In this document: in pieces, positions 47,840 to 48,335 of the stretch
Layout: each line of letters opens with the position of its first letter
Numbering within the stretch: position 1 is the stretch's first letter
Assembly: GCA_012513315.1 (NCBI GenBank)
Contig: JAAZCL010000065.1
Span: forward strand, 1-48,335
DNA from: Bacteroidales bacterium
GTDB taxonomy: Bacteria > Bacteroidota > Bacteroidia > Bacteroidales > Dysgonomonadaceae
Direction of reading: 5' to 3'
Length of the DNA: 48,335 nucleotides
The notes under the pieces: generated by a model
Databases searched by the model: none
Told to the model about the DNA's origin: nothing
Seen by the model: only the letters and a program-made list of their open reading frames with translations
Program-made: the position numbers and the translations under genes

Positions 47840-48335
47840 TTATATTATCATACCGCTGCCTAAGCATAAATTGGCGTTGCTATCATAAATAACACCAAAC
47901 TGACCAGCTGCAATGCCCTGCACAGGTTCATTTGATTGAATTGTATACATATCACCTGTTTTGGTAATATAACCCTTCGTAAATTCAGGAGTATGTCTTA
48001 TTTTGAATGTTATCTCCTTCTTCTCTTCAAAATCACCCCAAATATCTTTAGTGATAAATTCAAAACCTTTTAAGTCTACAACATCACCATATTGATGCTT
48101 AGTGTCGTAGCCTTTAGATACATAGATGATATTTCTATTTATGTCTTTTTTAATAACAAACCATGGGCCACCACTCAATCCTAGCCCTTTTCTCTGACCA
48201 ATAGTATGAAACCAGTATCCCTGATGCTTTCCTAGAATATTACCAGTTTCTAACTCTACAATTAGGCCTTCTTTTTTGCCTAAGTATCTTTCAATAAATT
48301 CATTGTAGTTCACTTTTCCCAAGAAGCATATACCC
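47840..48335 (-). CDS. mnmA: tRNA 2-thiouridylase MnmA, C-terminal part (start lies outside the window)
   Basis: Frame runs off the window end ([10 protein letters not shown]). Contains [21 protein letters not shown] and [15 protein letters not shown]. Confidence 0.94.
   Translation of the reverse strand, partial: GICFLGKVNYNEFIERYLGKKEGLIVELETGNILGKHQGYWFHTIGQRKGLGLSGGPWFVIKKDINRNIIYVSKGYDTKHQYGDVVDLKGFEFITKDIWGDFEEKKEITFKIRHTPEFTKGYITKTGDMYTIQSNEPVQGIAAGQFGVIYDSNANLCLGSGMII

Overview
AT-rich chromosomal window from a Bacteroidota (Bacteroidales) bacterium. The gene order and proteins look Dysgonomonadaceae/Proteiniphilum-like (inference). It is mostly conserved core genome: the 3' part of the Bat operon (DUF58, batA-B-C and a single batD+batE ORF), PAP2, a small DNA-binding protein and Usp; the ribD-DUF6242-porG-uppS-bamA-skp-skp envelope operon; prmC-recX-comF-pyrE; SulP, fadD, leuS, YitT and an Fe-S/FAD D-lactate dehydrogenase; nusB-yajC-ybbR-coaE; rplY-pth-hslR; comB, maf, hflX and the 3' end of mnmA. 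I saw no rRNA, tRNA, CRISPR array, integrase or transposase. The most unusual items are: (1) a stand-alone 1008-aa lipoprotein fusing GH105 + GH43_24 + GH16 catalytic domains, with no SusC/D, flanked by two related hairpins, one interrupted by a 48-bp TG...CA IS3-end-like mini-element; (2) an orphan ectoine-type aspartokinase with no ectABC; (3) an in-frame BatD-BatE fusion that keeps an internal signal peptide; (4) an 11-bp-period repeat array upstream of a small winged-helix gene that is coupled to the lactate dehydrogenase; (5) a perfect 28-bp palindrome inside pth; (6) a shared ECF-like promoter upstream of skp and a NigD-like lipoprotein. All family assignments come from motif recognition by eye, not from database searches.
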